Below are positions 1-21,332 of a stretch of 64,000 nt of DNA, in pieces. Position numbers and translations under genes: made by a program. Within the stretch, counting starts at the first letter, position 1; every line of letters begins with the position of its first letter. The stretch is from the human T2T-CHM13v2.0 reference genome, Homo sapiens, in the NCBI RefSeq assembly GCF_009914755.1, contig NC_060945.1, one strand, 5' to 3'. The notes beneath the pieces are model-generated. The model searched no databases, was not told the origin of the DNA, and worked only from the letters and a program-made list of their open reading frames with translations.

Positions 1-1100
1 GGTATTAGGTATAACTCTTTGCTGTCTTAGTAGTTGCTTTAGGATTTATAATGTATGAATTTACCTCATCACAATCCACCTTCAAGTAATATTATATCAT
101 ATCATAGATGGTATAAGAAATTACAATCATATTTTCACTTCTTTTCTATCAACCAGATCCCAGCCTAGATCTGTGGGATTATGGCTTTCGTTAAGTTTAG
201 AACATATTTAGCCAATTTTTCCTCAAATTTTTGATTCTGCCTCTCCTCCTATCTCTTTGGGGACTTATATACTACCTGCTGGAAGTTTGCTCATCGTTCA
301 CTAGTGTCTCAAATTTGTGAATCTTTTCTTTCATGATGGCGAATTAATCTATGCTCATATCTACTCAGTGTAGCTTTCATCTCCAGCATTGTAATTTGTA
401 TCTCTAAAAGTGCAATTTGGTTTTTAAAAGTATCTTCTATTGCTTTATTTATCTTCTTGATTTTTATAGTTGAGTTACTTATAAACAGCTTGATCCTTTT
501 CATTTTTCTTTTTATGGTGTGAGCTAACTCCCCATACCTGAGACAAGGCCTTTCTGAGTATTCATTTTCCTGTGAAGTCTGAGTTTTCCCAGGCAAATCT
601 ATAAAAACAGACACTCTTCTTGGCACTGTATGAGTACCAGGTGTGATTTCCTCTAATTTTATAAGCCAACCCCCACCCCCATCCGGTTTGTTCTTAGGTA
701 GTTTTCTATCTCACATGCAATTTTCAAAATTTTGCTAAATACTGACAGGGGGTTTCTTGCCGTTGCTTCTGTATCTCTCTCTCCTCCTCAGTGTTTGTTC
801 TGTAATATCTGCCTGCTTTGGTTTTACTAGACTCTAAGCTTCATCAGTGTAACCAAGAGAGTCTGGTAGATCCCACCTCAGTTTTTTCTTCCTGTGTCAT
901 GTCTCGGAATCTCTGCCAAGACAGGAAGCTGAAACATTCAGAAGGTTTGCTTTCTTTCGTTTTTTTATTTTCTGTTTTTCAGGGATTATTATCTTCTTTG
1001 CCTAATGTCCAGTATCTGAAAAATTGTTTAATGTATTTTGTGTGTTTTGTTTTTAGTTATTTTAGCTAAGAAGAAAAATCATACCTGTTGCTCTCCCTTG
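1..1100 (-). mobile_element. Old degenerate L1 (L1M-type) ORF1/5' region
   Basis: Minus ORF 309-626 (KNQIALLEIQITMLEMKATLSRYEHRL) resembles the L1 ORF1p coiled coil; flanks are T-rich antisense L1-like sequence. Limits approximate. Confidence 0.6.
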
Positions 1101-1526
1101 GCTAGAGGAAGACTACACTAGAGTTTCAGCACATGCCACAGACTGGCTAAAATGCTTTCCTTCCCTGTTTGCTCAACTGCTTCCTTTTCATTCTTCATTC
1201 CTCAGTGTAGCTATACATCCCTCGGGGGAATTTTCCATGAGCCTAGTATAGATCTAAATCTTAGCAATCTGTTTTCTTACAGTATTTATCTGAATTTATA
1301 ACTGTCACTTTTCTGGGGCTTTGTCTTTTAGCACATTTTAAGTTAAACAAATGCAGAGGTTTTTGTTTTTTTCTGTTTAATCTGCAGAGCTTAGTATAAT
1401 GCCTTCCACGTGGCAGGCAATCAATATATATTTGATCAGTGTATGAATTAATGATTGTTAAAATATGCAGTTCTCTGTATCCCAAAAGTACTAATATATT
1501 TTATTTCTATCTCCTCCTTGAGACAC

Positions 1527-2051
<525 letters not shown>

Positions 2052-3203
2052 GTATGACATACTAGTATATAGGATACTTTTTGTACTAGCTGACATACCT
2101 TCTGAGGTTTAACTGGAGAAAGAAATCTCTGTCTTGTAGAGTGTCAAATTCATTTAAATAATACAATTTCTTAACTGTGAATACATCTCCTGATAATTAA
2201 ATGCATATTTATTTAAATCACAATTTTAATGGCTGCATAGAAGGCCATTATTTGGAAACCCCATTATTACTTAACAAATTAATTTTTTTTATTTTTAATT
2301 TTTTGTGTTATAATAAGTGCTGCAAGGCATAACTGCATGTAAATCTTTTTCTATCATTCTAATTATTGACTTGGAATAAATTCTTCACTATAAAAATATT
2401 TGGTTAAATTATAGGTTGCTCTACCCCCAATAATCATTTTCCTTTAATTATACACTTGTAATCTTAATATGCATGGAGTATAAAGAAAAATATAGGTAAT
2501 TTATGACTAGTATATTCAACATCTCTCTCTCCTACATAAATAAAATTAATTCAGAGTTGTACTTATTATTTTTATATTTTAATTAAATATATTCTGTGTT
2601 ATTCTAAAAGAGATTTAAAATTTGTTGATAAAATGTATAATAATCAACAAGATACATTTAAAGTATTACTAAAAAAAGAAACAAAACATATATGGGATAA
2701 CAGATATTAGATTTTTCAGCCTAGTCTCAGATTTTAATATAATTATTTTTAAGGATACTTGCCTTATTTTATAAAGATGAATATTTATGTCTAATGAATA
2801 TGTAAACTTGTTTACAAAAAGTAACGTCATTTTAATTAGTTAACTCTAAATGATCTGTCCTTATTGAGGAGTAATTTTGACTGTTATATTTTTAAAATAA
2901 TAATTTTCAACTTATAATTTTACTGGATAACTTCCAGTATTCTTTTCCATAACTGTTGTTGAAGTTACTGGTAACAGAATCTTTCTAACTAGAAGATGTT
3001 CTTTCTCATTATTTTTCAAGTATGTGCATCATTTGGAAGAGAGTTCAGTAATAAATTAAATACCTCAGAACTAGAAAGAAAAAACATATTCAAGAATATA
3101 GAAATTTTACTGGAATAATAAACCAATATACGAAGAAGTAGATCTCAAAGTGAATTCTATGTTCTAACAAAATGAATTTTAAGATAAGTATATTTAATGG
3201 CAG

Positions 3204-3385
3204 ATTGACTTTAAACCAAGAAGAAGAGAAGAGAAGAAATGCCAATATATTAAATGAAAAATTAGGGAAGAATTAGGAAAAATCGAAGAGCAACAAAAGA
3301 AAAAGTTAGAAGTGAAGCAACTTGAGCTCACTCTCCGAATATACAAAATATGGAATTGAAGACTGTAAGAAGTAATTTGAATCAG
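3204..3385 (+). pseudogene. ANKRD30/ANKRD26-family pseudogene exon (next exon)
   Basis: AG acceptor at 3202-3203, then LTLNQEEEKRRNANILNEK (frameshift) REELGKIEEQQKKKLEVKQLELTLRI..MELKTVRSNLNQ; the donor position reads CT instead of GT. Confidence 0.9.
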
Positions 3386-3479
3386 CTCAATCAATCGCTG
3401 GTAAAAATTTTATATTTCTAACTTTATTTCATCAATATTACTTTTAATATCCCTTCGATTTAGTATGTATTATTCAGAA

Positions 3480-4410
<931 letters not shown>

Positions 4411-4414
4411 AATT

Positions 4415-4687
4415 CAGAAACATAAAATCAAATACTGCATGTTCTTACTTAAAAATGGGAAATAAATAATGTGTACACATGAACAAGGAGTGTAAAATGA
4501 TAAGACACTGTAGACTCAGAAGGGTGAGAAGGTGGGAGGGGTAAGGGTGATGAGAAATTACTTAGTGGATACAGTGTACATTGTTCCAGTGATAAACACA
4601 CTAAAAGCTCAGACTTCACTCCTACCCCATATACCCATGTAACAAAATTGCACTTGCAATCCTTAAATTTATACAGTTTTAAAAAAT
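4415..4687 (+). mobile_element. L1MA/L1PB-type 3' end
   Basis: aaatactgcatgttcttact...atacccatgtaacaaaattgcacttg, a typical L1 3' UTR. Confidence 0.75.
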
Positions 4688-4719
4688 GGTTTTAGAGTTT
4701 TGGTTCTGTGATTAATTTT

Positions 4720-4915
4720 ATAATGTTTCATTGTGGTAAAGCACATATAATAAGCTTTGCCATTTTAAACATAAAAGTCAGAGGCATTAATTACATTCAG
4801 AATGTTGTGCAATCATCAAAACTATGTATTTCCAAAAAAAATTTTCACCCCAAACTGAAACTCTGTACTCATTAAGCAACAACTCCTCATTCTCCCTTTC
4901 CTCCCAAGTCCCTGG
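4720..4915 (-). mobile_element. L1MB-type 3' end fragment
   Basis: cattaattacattcagaatgttgtgcaatcatca...ctgaaactctgtactcattaagcaacaactcc. Confidence 0.6.
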
Positions 4916-5129
4916 TAGGAATAAATTTTATGGCATTTTAATTAATTTAAGTGTAAAAAACTAAAAGCAGCTGGTGGCTATCATACTGGACCTCACAGTT
5001 CTAACACCATCAGTATCAACCCCTGGACAGATATAATCATTCCTAAGCTGCCTTTACATTTATTATTATTCTATTTATGGTAATCTGTAATCTATTCTCC
5101 CACAAAGCTGGACTATTCCTGTAAGAACA

Positions 5130-5845
<716 letters not shown>

Positions 5846-5960
5846 AAGAAGAATCTTATTCATGTCAAGGCTGTAATCTATGTTAGACTCAAAGAGATAG
5901 TCTCCTGACTAAATGGAAGTGTTTCTTTATTGAAGCATGCCTTTAAAAAAAGTGTTGCAC

Positions 5961-7228
<1,268 letters not shown>

Positions 7229-7245
7229 TACATGTACAAATTAGA

Positions 7246-7620
7246 GTACACCATGGAATATTATGCAGCCATAAAAAAGTATGAGTTCATGTTCTTTGCA
7301 GGGACATGGATGAAACTAGAAGCCATCATTCTCAGCAAACTAACACAGGAACAGAAAACCAAACAGTGCATGTTCTCACTCATAAATGGGAGTTGAATAA
7401 TGAGAACACATGGACACATGAAGGGGAACCTCACACACAGAGACCTGTCAGGGGTTGGAGGGGAAGAGGAGGGAGAGCATTAGGACAAATACCTCATGCA
7501 TGTGGGGCTTAAAACTTAGATTACAGGTTGATAGATGGAGTGAACCACCACAGCACATGTATACCTATGTAACAAACCTGTACATTCTGCACATGTATCC
7601 CAGAACTTAAAGTAAAATTT
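7246..7620 (+). mobile_element. L1PA 3' end (end of ORF2 plus 3' UTR)
   Basis: [28 protein letters not shown], then 3' UTR ending cccagaacttaaagtaaaa. Confidence 0.92.
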
Positions 7621-7649
7621 TTAAAACAGATATAAATATTGTATACATA

Positions 7650-8391
7650 AAAAAGACACACAATGTTTATGAATAGAAAGATTTTATATTGTGAATAAGT
7701 AATTTCTACTCATTAAATTATGGTTAAATGCAATCCTACTCAAAATCCTATCAGGTAATTTGAAAATTGACAAGCTAATTTAAAATTTTTTTGAAAATTT
7801 AAAAGGACAAGAAGAACCAAGAAAGTTCTGAAGAAGAACAGAGCTCAAGAATGTATACCATCAGATGTTTCCAACTTTATTACAATTAAAATAAGATGCT
7901 ATTAGCAGGACATACAAATAGAGAAATCAAAAACAAACTCATACTTATACCATCACCTGATTTATGACAAAGGTGAAACTGCAGTGCAGTGAGGAAATAA
8001 TAATCTTCTCAATAAATGGTGTTAGATAATTTGGATATCAAAATGGGGGAATAAAAGAATTTAGCCCTTATCTTACTTCACAAACAAAAGTCAATCGTAG
8101 GTGGGTTATAAAGCTCAATCTGAAACGTTAAAAATTCAAAAAGAAAAGCTTCTGTAACATAGAAGAATACCTTTATGACAATGGGGTAGACAAAAATTTC
8201 TTAAGCCAGACAAAATAAGCATTAACTACACAGAAATAGTCTGATAACTTGAACTACATTAAAATTAAGAAATTGGTATTAACGAATTCACCATTAAGAG
8301 AAAGAAAAGACAAAGTGGGAGAAGATATCTGCAATGTTTATGTCCAATCAAAAATTTATGTCCAGAATATATAAAAAATCTCCTACAAATC
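7650..8391 (+). mobile_element. Old L1M ORF2 fragment
   Basis: Degenerate ORF2 motifs (ctgatttatgacaaagg, caataaatggtg, tccagaatatataaa). Confidence 0.65.
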
Positions 8392-8429
8392 TTCATATAT
8401 TCTGGATAAGAATTTTTGATTGGACATAA

Positions 8430-11066
<2,637 letters not shown>

Positions 11067-11856
11067 TTATTAAAAGTCATTGAAATGTACACTTTAAAAA
11101 ACACAAAAAGAGTTTATTCTATCAGGATTCTGACTAGAGTGCTCTAGAGTATGACATAGGATAGGGAATGTCTTAATAAGCTTCAAAATTCTAGGAATAA
11201 TGAAACTAGGAAACAAAGCTTTGAAAAATGCCAGGAATTCAACTGCCTCCCTGGCCTTTCCCTGTCAATCTATGTGCCCCAGCAGCCAACTTACATAGCA
11301 CTGTGTGCAGGCTTGTAAATAGACCTTCCAGTTCTGCTATAATCAATACCTTATTGTCCATAACTCAATTTGGAGAAGGTTTAGCTGTCTACCAACTCTT
11401 GTGGAGAGTTTCTGTGAAGTTTTGTTTTGGGTTGCAAGAATCTGGAAAACAGATGCAGATTTTTTTGAGGAAGATTTTGAAATTTCTACTTATAAGGTAC
11501 CCAAAATGGGATCCAAACTCTTGAATTTGGTTGATCTTCTGAAATACATACCTGTGTTTTAAGATTTGCTTGAGCAAACCTTTAACCATGGAAATTTTAA
11601 CCAATGATTTCCAGGTTGAAACAATTCCAGTTTTGTCATTTAAATACCACAGATGAATCTGTTTTAGCACAGAGTACAAATATCTTTTTTCCTTTTGAGC
11701 ATTTGGAATAGTGTGTTTTGGTAATAAAACATAGCTCTGCATATTAATGAAACATAGCTCTGCATATTTTGTATGGGGAAAATTAGCATTCTGTGAACAA
11801 AGTCAATAATTTCTGGCCTTGCATTAGTTTCCCTACTATAATTAAAACTTAGTTTT

Positions 11857-12170
11857 GGCCGGGTGCGGTGGCTCCCGTCTGTAATCCCAGCACTGTGGGA
11901 GGCCAAGCCTGGCGGATCACGGAGCCAGGAGGTCGAGACCATACTGGCTAACATGGTGAAACCCCGTCTCTACTAAAAATACAAAAAAAAAAAAAATTAG
12001 TCAGGTGTGGTGGCGGTCGCCTGTAGTCCCAGCTACTCAGGAGGCAGGAGAATGGCATGAACCTGGGAGGCAGAGATTGCAGCGAGCCGAGATCATGCCA
12101 CTGCACTCTAGCCTGGGTGACAGAGTGAGACTCTCAAAAAAAACAAAAACAAAAAAACAAACAAAAAAAG
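11857..12170 (+). mobile_element. AluY-like
   Basis: Full Alu with (CAAA)-rich tail; TSD acttagtttt. Confidence 0.92.
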
Positions 12171-12675
12171 CACTTAGTTTTGAAAGTATCTTAGTGTTAA
12201 ATTTCCAGTGCTTCAATATTACAATTAAAACCTTGCTTTACTGAGAGCAGAAACATAATGCAGAAAAGAAAAAAGACCAACAGTCTCTAGATTGCTGGAT
12301 TTATGTGGATATGATGGGGTTGGTATTTAACGATTTCTCCCTTGAATCATAGCAAAGATGCTTTTGTGAAGCATAGCTCTTTCATAAATATACTTTCCAG
12401 CCATTCAGCATTACCTATCTTTAGGTTTCTTTTGCTTTGTGTTTCCACTCCAATATCATTTCTGGAAAAAAATTACAGTAACAAATTTATTGAGAGCTGG
12501 CATTGTGAATGGTGCCTAGGACTTAATTCATAAAGAGAAGGTGAATTCTGCTGAAAGGTGCTTAATACACTGCCCCCCAAATCAAGAGAAACAGGCCATT
12601 CTGGGACACACATAGCCTGTCTCACACAGGGGTCAGGAAGCAGGGATATCAGGGAATTGGGACTATGTCTTTATG

Positions 12676-13050
12676 ATAGATATGGTTAGGCTTTGTGTAC
12701 CCCCATCTCATCTTGAATTGTAATCCCCAGGTGTTAAGGGAGACACCTGGTGGGAAGTGATTGGATCATGGCGGGTGGTTTCCCCCATGCTGTTCTTGTG
12801 ATACTGAGTAAATTCTCATGAATTCTGATGGTTTTATAAATGGTAGTTTTTTCTGCACACACACACATGTTTTTTCTCCTGCTGTCATGTAAGAAGGTCC
12901 AGTTTGCTTCTCCTTTGCCTTTTGCCATGATTATAAGTTTCCTGAGGCCTCCCCAGCTATGAGTAACTGTGAGTCAATTTAACCTTTTTGCTTTATAAAT
13001 TACCCAGTCTTGGGAAGATTTTTATTGCAGTGTGAGAATGGACTAATACA
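12676..13050 (+). mobile_element. THE1 (MaLR) 5' LTR, THE1C/D-like
   Basis: gatatggttaggctttgtgt...gtgagaatggactaataca termini. Confidence 0.9.
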
Positions 13051-14260
13051 GTAAATTCATACTGGTAGAGTTGGGTACTGCTATAAAGATACCCAGCAAT
13101 GTAAAAGCGACTTTGGGTCTGGAGATGGAGATGAGAAACCTATTGGGAACTAGAGCAAAGGTCACTCTTGCTATGCTTAAGCAGAGACTGGCAGCATTTT
13201 CCCCCTGCCTAAAGAGCTGTGGAACTTTGAATTTAGATGATCTGAAATTGAAACTTATATTTAAAAACGAAGCAGAGCATAAAAGTTTGGAAAAATATGC
13301 AGCCTGATAATGCTATAGAAAAGATAAACCCATTATTTGGGGAAAAATTCAAGCCAGCTGCAAAAATTTGCATAAGCGACAGGAAGCCTAATGTTAATCA
13401 CCAAGACAATAGGGAAAATGTCTCCAGGGCATGTCAGAGACCTTCACAGAAGCCTTTCCCATCACAGACCAGGAGGCCTAAGAGGAAAAAATGGCTTTGT
13501 GTGTGGGGTCCAGGCCTTGCTGCTTTGTGCAGCCTTGGTACTTGGTGCCCTGTGTCCCAGCCACTACATCTGTGGCTAAAAGGGGCCAAGGTACAGTTCA
13601 GACCATTGCTTCTGTAGGTACAAGCCCCAAGCTTTGTTGGCTTCCATGTGGCATTGAGCCTGTGAGTGCACAGAAGTCAAGAATTGGGGTTTGGTAACCT
13701 CCACCTAGATTTCAGAAGATGTAAGGAAAAGCCTGGATATACAGGCAGAAGTTTGCTGCAGGGGTGGAGCCCTCATGGAGAACCTCTGTTAGGGCAGTGC
13801 AGAAAAGAAATGTGAGGTCAGAGCTTTCACACACAGTACCCAATGGGGCACTGCCTAGTGGAGCTGTGAGAAGAGAGCCACTGTTCTCCAGATCCCAGAA
13901 TGGTAGATTAACCAACAGCTTGCACTGTACATCTGGAGAAGCTGCAGACATTCAATGCCAGCCCATTAAAGCAGCTTGGAATGGGGCTGTACCCTGCAAA
14001 GGCACAGGGGCAGAACTGCCCAAGACCATGGGAGCCTACTTCTTGCACCAGTGTGACCTGAATGTGAGACACAGGGTCAAAGGAGATTATTTTGGAGCTT
14101 TAAAATTCAATGACTACCCTGCTGGATTCTGGACTTGCATGGGGCCTTTAGCCCTTTTGTTTTGTCCAGTTCTCCTATTTGGAATAGGAGCATCCTCATC
14201 CAATGCCTGTACCCTCATTGTATCTTAGAAGTAATTAACTTGCTTATGATTTTATAGGCC
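13051..14260 (+). mobile_element. THE1 internal sequence, 3'-truncated (no 3' LTR)
   Basis: Starts gtaaatt.. directly after the LTR; MaLR-int motifs (tggagccctcatggagaacctctg, gactaccctgctggattctggacttgcatgggg). Confidence 0.88.
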
Positions 14261-15498
14261 ATGCTAATCAGCATTCAGTTCCAGATTCCAATTTATTCTC
14301 AGTGTGCCTGTATAAATTTTCTTTCCATATATATAGAATTAAATTTCTATTACTTATTTGAATGTTATAGAATACTGTTCATATATTTAAAATAAAACCA
14401 CCAGGTATAATGATTTCTGGCTTAGTATAAAAAATATTTTACCCAGTTAGTGTTATTTACACAGGTGGATGTGGCTCCACAACATTTAGACAAGAAGAAT
14501 AAATTCAGCTGTCGTATGTTGCCGTGACTCAGCCTCTGAAGAAATTATGAAAAAATCCAAATTTCAGCAAAATTATATAGTTGTTTTCAGTACCTCTGAG
14601 GGTGGTATATCAAGAATTCTCGTGCTACTGTTTGAGAAAACAGATTCCGTTGTTACCTAGAAAATCAACTGCATGGCATTTTTATAACCTTACCCCATGT
14701 AAAAAACATATATTGAAATGTACTAATAAATGCAGACTACATTACTTGAAAAATGGTAATACAGAATGCCACTTTTAATAGTTGAGGATATGAATTTTTG
14801 GTAGAAATAATGTAAAATAAAGCTTCTGGTAAGCCTTGGGTAGTTAGATTTACATCAGTGTAAAGTAGGATGAAAATCTGTAAAAAATAAAAACAAAGAA
14901 ACAAAAACCTACACCAACAAAACCCTAACATCCACCAATGCATACATATTGATCTTTGTGCTGGGAAAATCTAAAGCAGAACATTTTGGTTAACTTGATA
15001 GTTATTTATTTTGACTATATTGGCATGTTGCTAAAACTGCTTATATTTAATTTGAGTGAAACATGTCCACATTATTAAAAGGGTTGTTTTTTACTATGAA
15101 TGATGGATGTAAAGTCTTGATCCTCACCCAGATAAATATGGCAACACTTTCTTCTGCTTCTTTCGAACTGAGACATTATGAAAGCTCAAATTTGAAGTGA
15201 GAGGGACTTAACATCAGAGCCTGAAAAACCAAGAGGAATGAGGTAGGATGGTCAGCTCTGAAGCTCAGGGTGGCCTAGGGAAACTCAATATAATGATGTC
15301 AACTATGAAGCTTACTAGGTAAAACTACAAATAGGCTGATCTCATTTCACAGAGGTAAGCCCACACTCCCCTTTCCAAAAAAGTAAAAAACAAAACAAGC
15401 AAATAAAACTAAAAATACAAACTTGAAAACACCATGGCTTAAATTTGGTGGGAAGAAGCCTGTGGGACAAAAAATAGTGGTGCCAAAAGAATTGAGCC

Positions 15499-15796
<298 letters not shown>

Positions 15797-16363
15797 GAAT
15801 TGAGCCAGAATAAAATGTATTTAAGGGTTATTAATGGGAATGTTTCTAGCACATAAGTATTTGTTCCACTTCTTATTATATTATATTAGTAATATCCTTT
15901 CATGTAATATCAGCTTCTCCAAGATAGGGATGTCAAAGACAAACTAAGACAAGTGCCTAATATGTCATAGGCATTTTGTTATCAAATTTAACAAACTTGT
16001 AATGATTATATAAATTTTACTGAATTGTGTTTTATGTATAAGCCTCACCTAAAGGCATTATCCAGTACATACAACCTTGAGTGTTTTCTGGGATTTTCTG
16101 TTGCCTGATTTCAAATCAACCTTATTGAAATTCTAGCAATTTCTCCAGTCCCAGATGTAAAAATAAAAAAGCAGAAATAAAGCCAAATTACCCCCAAAAG
16201 GATACACATTATGCATATAGAACAAATGAACCCAAAACCACATAAGGTAAACAACAAATCTACTGGTCCAAAATTCAGCCTAACTTCAACAGTACCAGGC
16301 AAAAACCATTTGTAGAAATTACCAAAGTCAATATAGAAACCCTTAGTCTATTATGCCAATAAA

Positions 16364-17431
16364 TATGGGGGAACCTGCCCCGATAGTCAAGTAGGTTGTT
16401 TTCTATTTTCCCTAAGTGTCTGCCAGTTTGAGAAATAAAGGGAGAGAGTACAAAAGAGAGAAATTTTAAAGCTGGGCATCCAGGGGAGACATCACATGTC
16501 AGTAGGTTCCATGATGCCCCCCAAGACACAAAACCAGCAAGTTTTTATTAGGGACTTTCAAAAGGGGAGGGAGTGTACGAATAGGGTGTGGGTCACAAAG
16601 ATCACGTACTTCACAAGGTAATAGAATATCATAAGGCAAACGGAAACAGGGCAAGATCACAGGACCACAGGACCGGGGCAAAATTAAAATTGCTAATGTA
16701 GTTTCAGGCACCATTGTTATTGATAACATCTTATCAGGAGACAGGGTTTGAGAGCAACCAGTCTGACAAAAATTTATTAGGCAGGAATTTCCTCTTCCTA
16801 ATAAGCCTGGGAGCACTACGGGAGACTGGGGTTTATTTCATCCCTACAGTTTTGACCACAGAAGATGGCCACACCCAAGGAGGACATTTATAGGCCCACC
16901 CTCAGGGGTGCATTCTCTTTCTCAGGGATGTTCCTTGCTGAGAAAAAGAATTCAGTGATATTTCTCCCATTTGCTTTTGAAAGAAGAGAAATATGGCTCT
17001 GTTCCACCCAGCTCACCAGTGGTCAGAATTTAAGGTTATCTCTCTTATTCCCTAAACAACTGCTGTTATCCTGTTCTTTTTTCAAGGTGCCCAGATTTCA
17101 TATTGTTCAAACACACATGCTTTACAATCTGTGCAGTTAATGCAATTATCATAGGGTCCTGAGGTGGCATACATCCTCCTCAGCTGACAGGATTAAGAGA
17201 TTAAAGTAAAGACAGGCATAGGAAATCACAAGGGTATTGATTGGGGAATTGATAAGTGTCCAAGAAATCTTCACAATTTGTGTTTAGAGATTGCAGTAAA
17301 GACAGGCATAGGAAATTATAAAAGTATTAATTTGGGGAACTAATACATGTCCATGAAATCTTCACAATCCACATTCTTCTGCCGTGGCTTCAGTCAGTCC
17401 CTCCATTTGGGTACTGTGACATCCTGCAACA
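16364..17431 (-). mobile_element. MER11-family (HERVK11/HML-8) solo LTR
   Basis: 1068 bp; minus strand starts TGTTGCAGGA; internal repeat gtaaagacaggcataggaaat x2; 6-bp TSD AATAAA. Confidence 0.9.
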
Positions 17432-17629
17432 AATAAAAAATTACCATTTAAAAATACATTAAATATAACAGAACGTATACAATTACAATAAAATATTTTT
17501 AAATGATAATCTTATTTTCAAATATTTACCACATTTAGACAAGACTTTTAATGAAAAATACTTATAGCTACAATGTATGAATTAAAATAGCCCTGGAAGA
17601 AATAGTAATTCTATACATAATAAAGATTA

Positions 17630-17999
<370 letters not shown>

Positions 18000-18260
18000 T
18001 TAAAATTCTGCTTTTTCCACTGTGGACAATGGTGATGTAACAGTTAAATCTTGGTCTCAGAGTTGGTGGTTGGGAATAAATCAAGGCAAGCACTTTTATG
18101 CTTTGTTTTATATTCTTTATCACCAACATTTTCTTCTCTAATATGTCAGTATTTACATTTGGACCACAGCTGACTTTTACTGAAGTCTACTATAAAACAT
18201 GGCTAAATTGAAAATTAATGTGATCATAAAATGATTTGTCATGAAAGCAGGTATATTTTT

Positions 18261-19062
<802 letters not shown>

Positions 19063-19500
19063 TGAATTTTTTGAAAATTTCTGACATATACTGAAGTAAA
19101 TATCAAATGTATTGTTTTATTCAATTGTTTGGATTCAATTAAAAAATAATTTATATTCAAGTTTGTTGTTATATTTACTTTTGACCAAATTTGACTTTCC
19201 AAACAAGAAAAGCTAAAGCATTTTTTTCAAAGGTTCAAGGGACTTAAGCTTACTGGCATCAAATGTTCTGTAGTAAAACAAACAGGCAAATAAAACCTAA
19301 TATTTTTATCAATAATAATTTAATAGTTTTATGTCTGAGAACTTAAGAATCAACGACATCAACTCCAGATGATGTCAATTGCATAATTACACTGGTAAGA
19401 TAGAAACTGATTATCAGAGTCTAACAAATGATGGATATGGCAACCTAACACTTGACAAAACCATTCAGGATGTGTTAGAAAAACAAGAAGGTACTACTAA

Positions 19501-19835
<335 letters not shown>

Positions 19836-21158
19836 CAACTTTACTCTTTATTCTCAACCTTACAACCATCAGATACTCCTGTACACAGAATAAGAAAAAT
19901 CAACTATTTTTCCTTGAAGGCAATGTTTCATCTTTTATGTTATAATATCTGTTCCACATTTCTGTGAAAATGCTGTTGAAGTGCACCTTCCTTCCTTCAC
20001 CAGAGATTGCCTGTGTGAATTTGAATAGATGGTCACTGGAGGGGACCAGCTTGGCACACTGGGTTGAATTGTCTCTTTGCTTTTCAGACAAAGTGGCTTT
20101 GAAAAGACTGAAAGTAAAGTGACTGCTGATTAAGCAGATGGCTTGCCATGTCAATAGGACAATTGTTTGAAAATCACATCGCATGAACTATAACTATTAA
20201 AATGAGAAATGCATGATGCAAATATTGCACAAAAAAATAGAATGAAAATGATGAATACAGCCAAAAAAGACAGCCAAACTCAATTTTAGCAATAAAGTAA
20301 AATATAATCTACTGTCAGGGGAAGGTAACTTGAAGTACTTGAGATGTTCTTTAATTTAAAAATCCAAAAATATTTTTAGCTTTAGTTGTGATAAAACATG
20401 TTTAAGCATTTTCTATTTGAAATAAAACTTTAATTTCATGCTTTGTCGGTTTAGTTTCCCTAAATAAATAGAAAATAGTAAAATATCACATACTAAAAAA
20501 ATCAACTTCTTTGGTAATAAATAAGTGCAACTGTCAGACCAAAACATAGTTACATTTTACCCAATGTCATGCTGACCAATTCGATCAAACGCCACTTCCT
20601 TATAACTAAGAGAGATGCAAAGATGTAGACTTTATGTTGAGTGAGACAGGTAAGGATTACTAGGAGGTAGATAATTGTTTTACTAATCAAGGTCGATTTT
20701 CATTACTATTTTGTCTCTATGTTAATTAATGGTCTTGATTCAAGAAAATTTTTTTAAAAACTCATCTTTTCAGTCAGGCAAAATATTAACAAAAAGGCAT
20801 AGAAATGAAGGCATTTAACACAGTCATAGTTTACATTTTAAAATTAAAATACTTCTAGAAATAACAAAGAAAGAAAAAAGACACATATAAAAACAAACGA
20901 ACTTAATTTTTGGTGCAAAGCACTCATTACTAAGCCTAACACAAATATTTTGGTGAAGGCTTTCTAACACTGACATTCTTCTCATGACTTAAAAGAGCCA
21001 CTAATTTTACTTTTGACATATATTTAGTTTTAATGTTAAAAGCTAAAAGGAGCCTATTATTTTATTTATAATTTGTGGTCTGCATGTACATCATCATCCA
21101 TTGAGTCGACTAAAGTTTCTGAAAGTTTCAGAAACAGTAACATAAGAATACTTTTTCC

Positions 21159-21332
21159 GGCCATGCATGTTGTCTCACGCCTGTAATCCCAGCACTTTGG
21201 GAGGCCGAGGTGGGGGGATCACCTGAAGTCAGGCATTTGAGACCAGCCTGATGAACCTGGTGAAACCCCATCTCTACTAAAAATACAAAATTAGCTGGGC
21301 GTGGTGGCACATGCCTGTAACCCCAGCTACTC
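21159..21332 (+). mobile_element. AluS, 3'-truncated
   Basis: Left arm and start of right arm; stops abruptly at ccccagctactc. Confidence 0.88.

Noticed and set aside
11727-11768. Short direct repeat aaacatagctctgcatatt x2
   Set aside because: Simple local slippage duplication with no further structure.
13071-14228. Cluster of overlapping ORFs
   Set aside because: All lie in decayed THE1 internal sequence.
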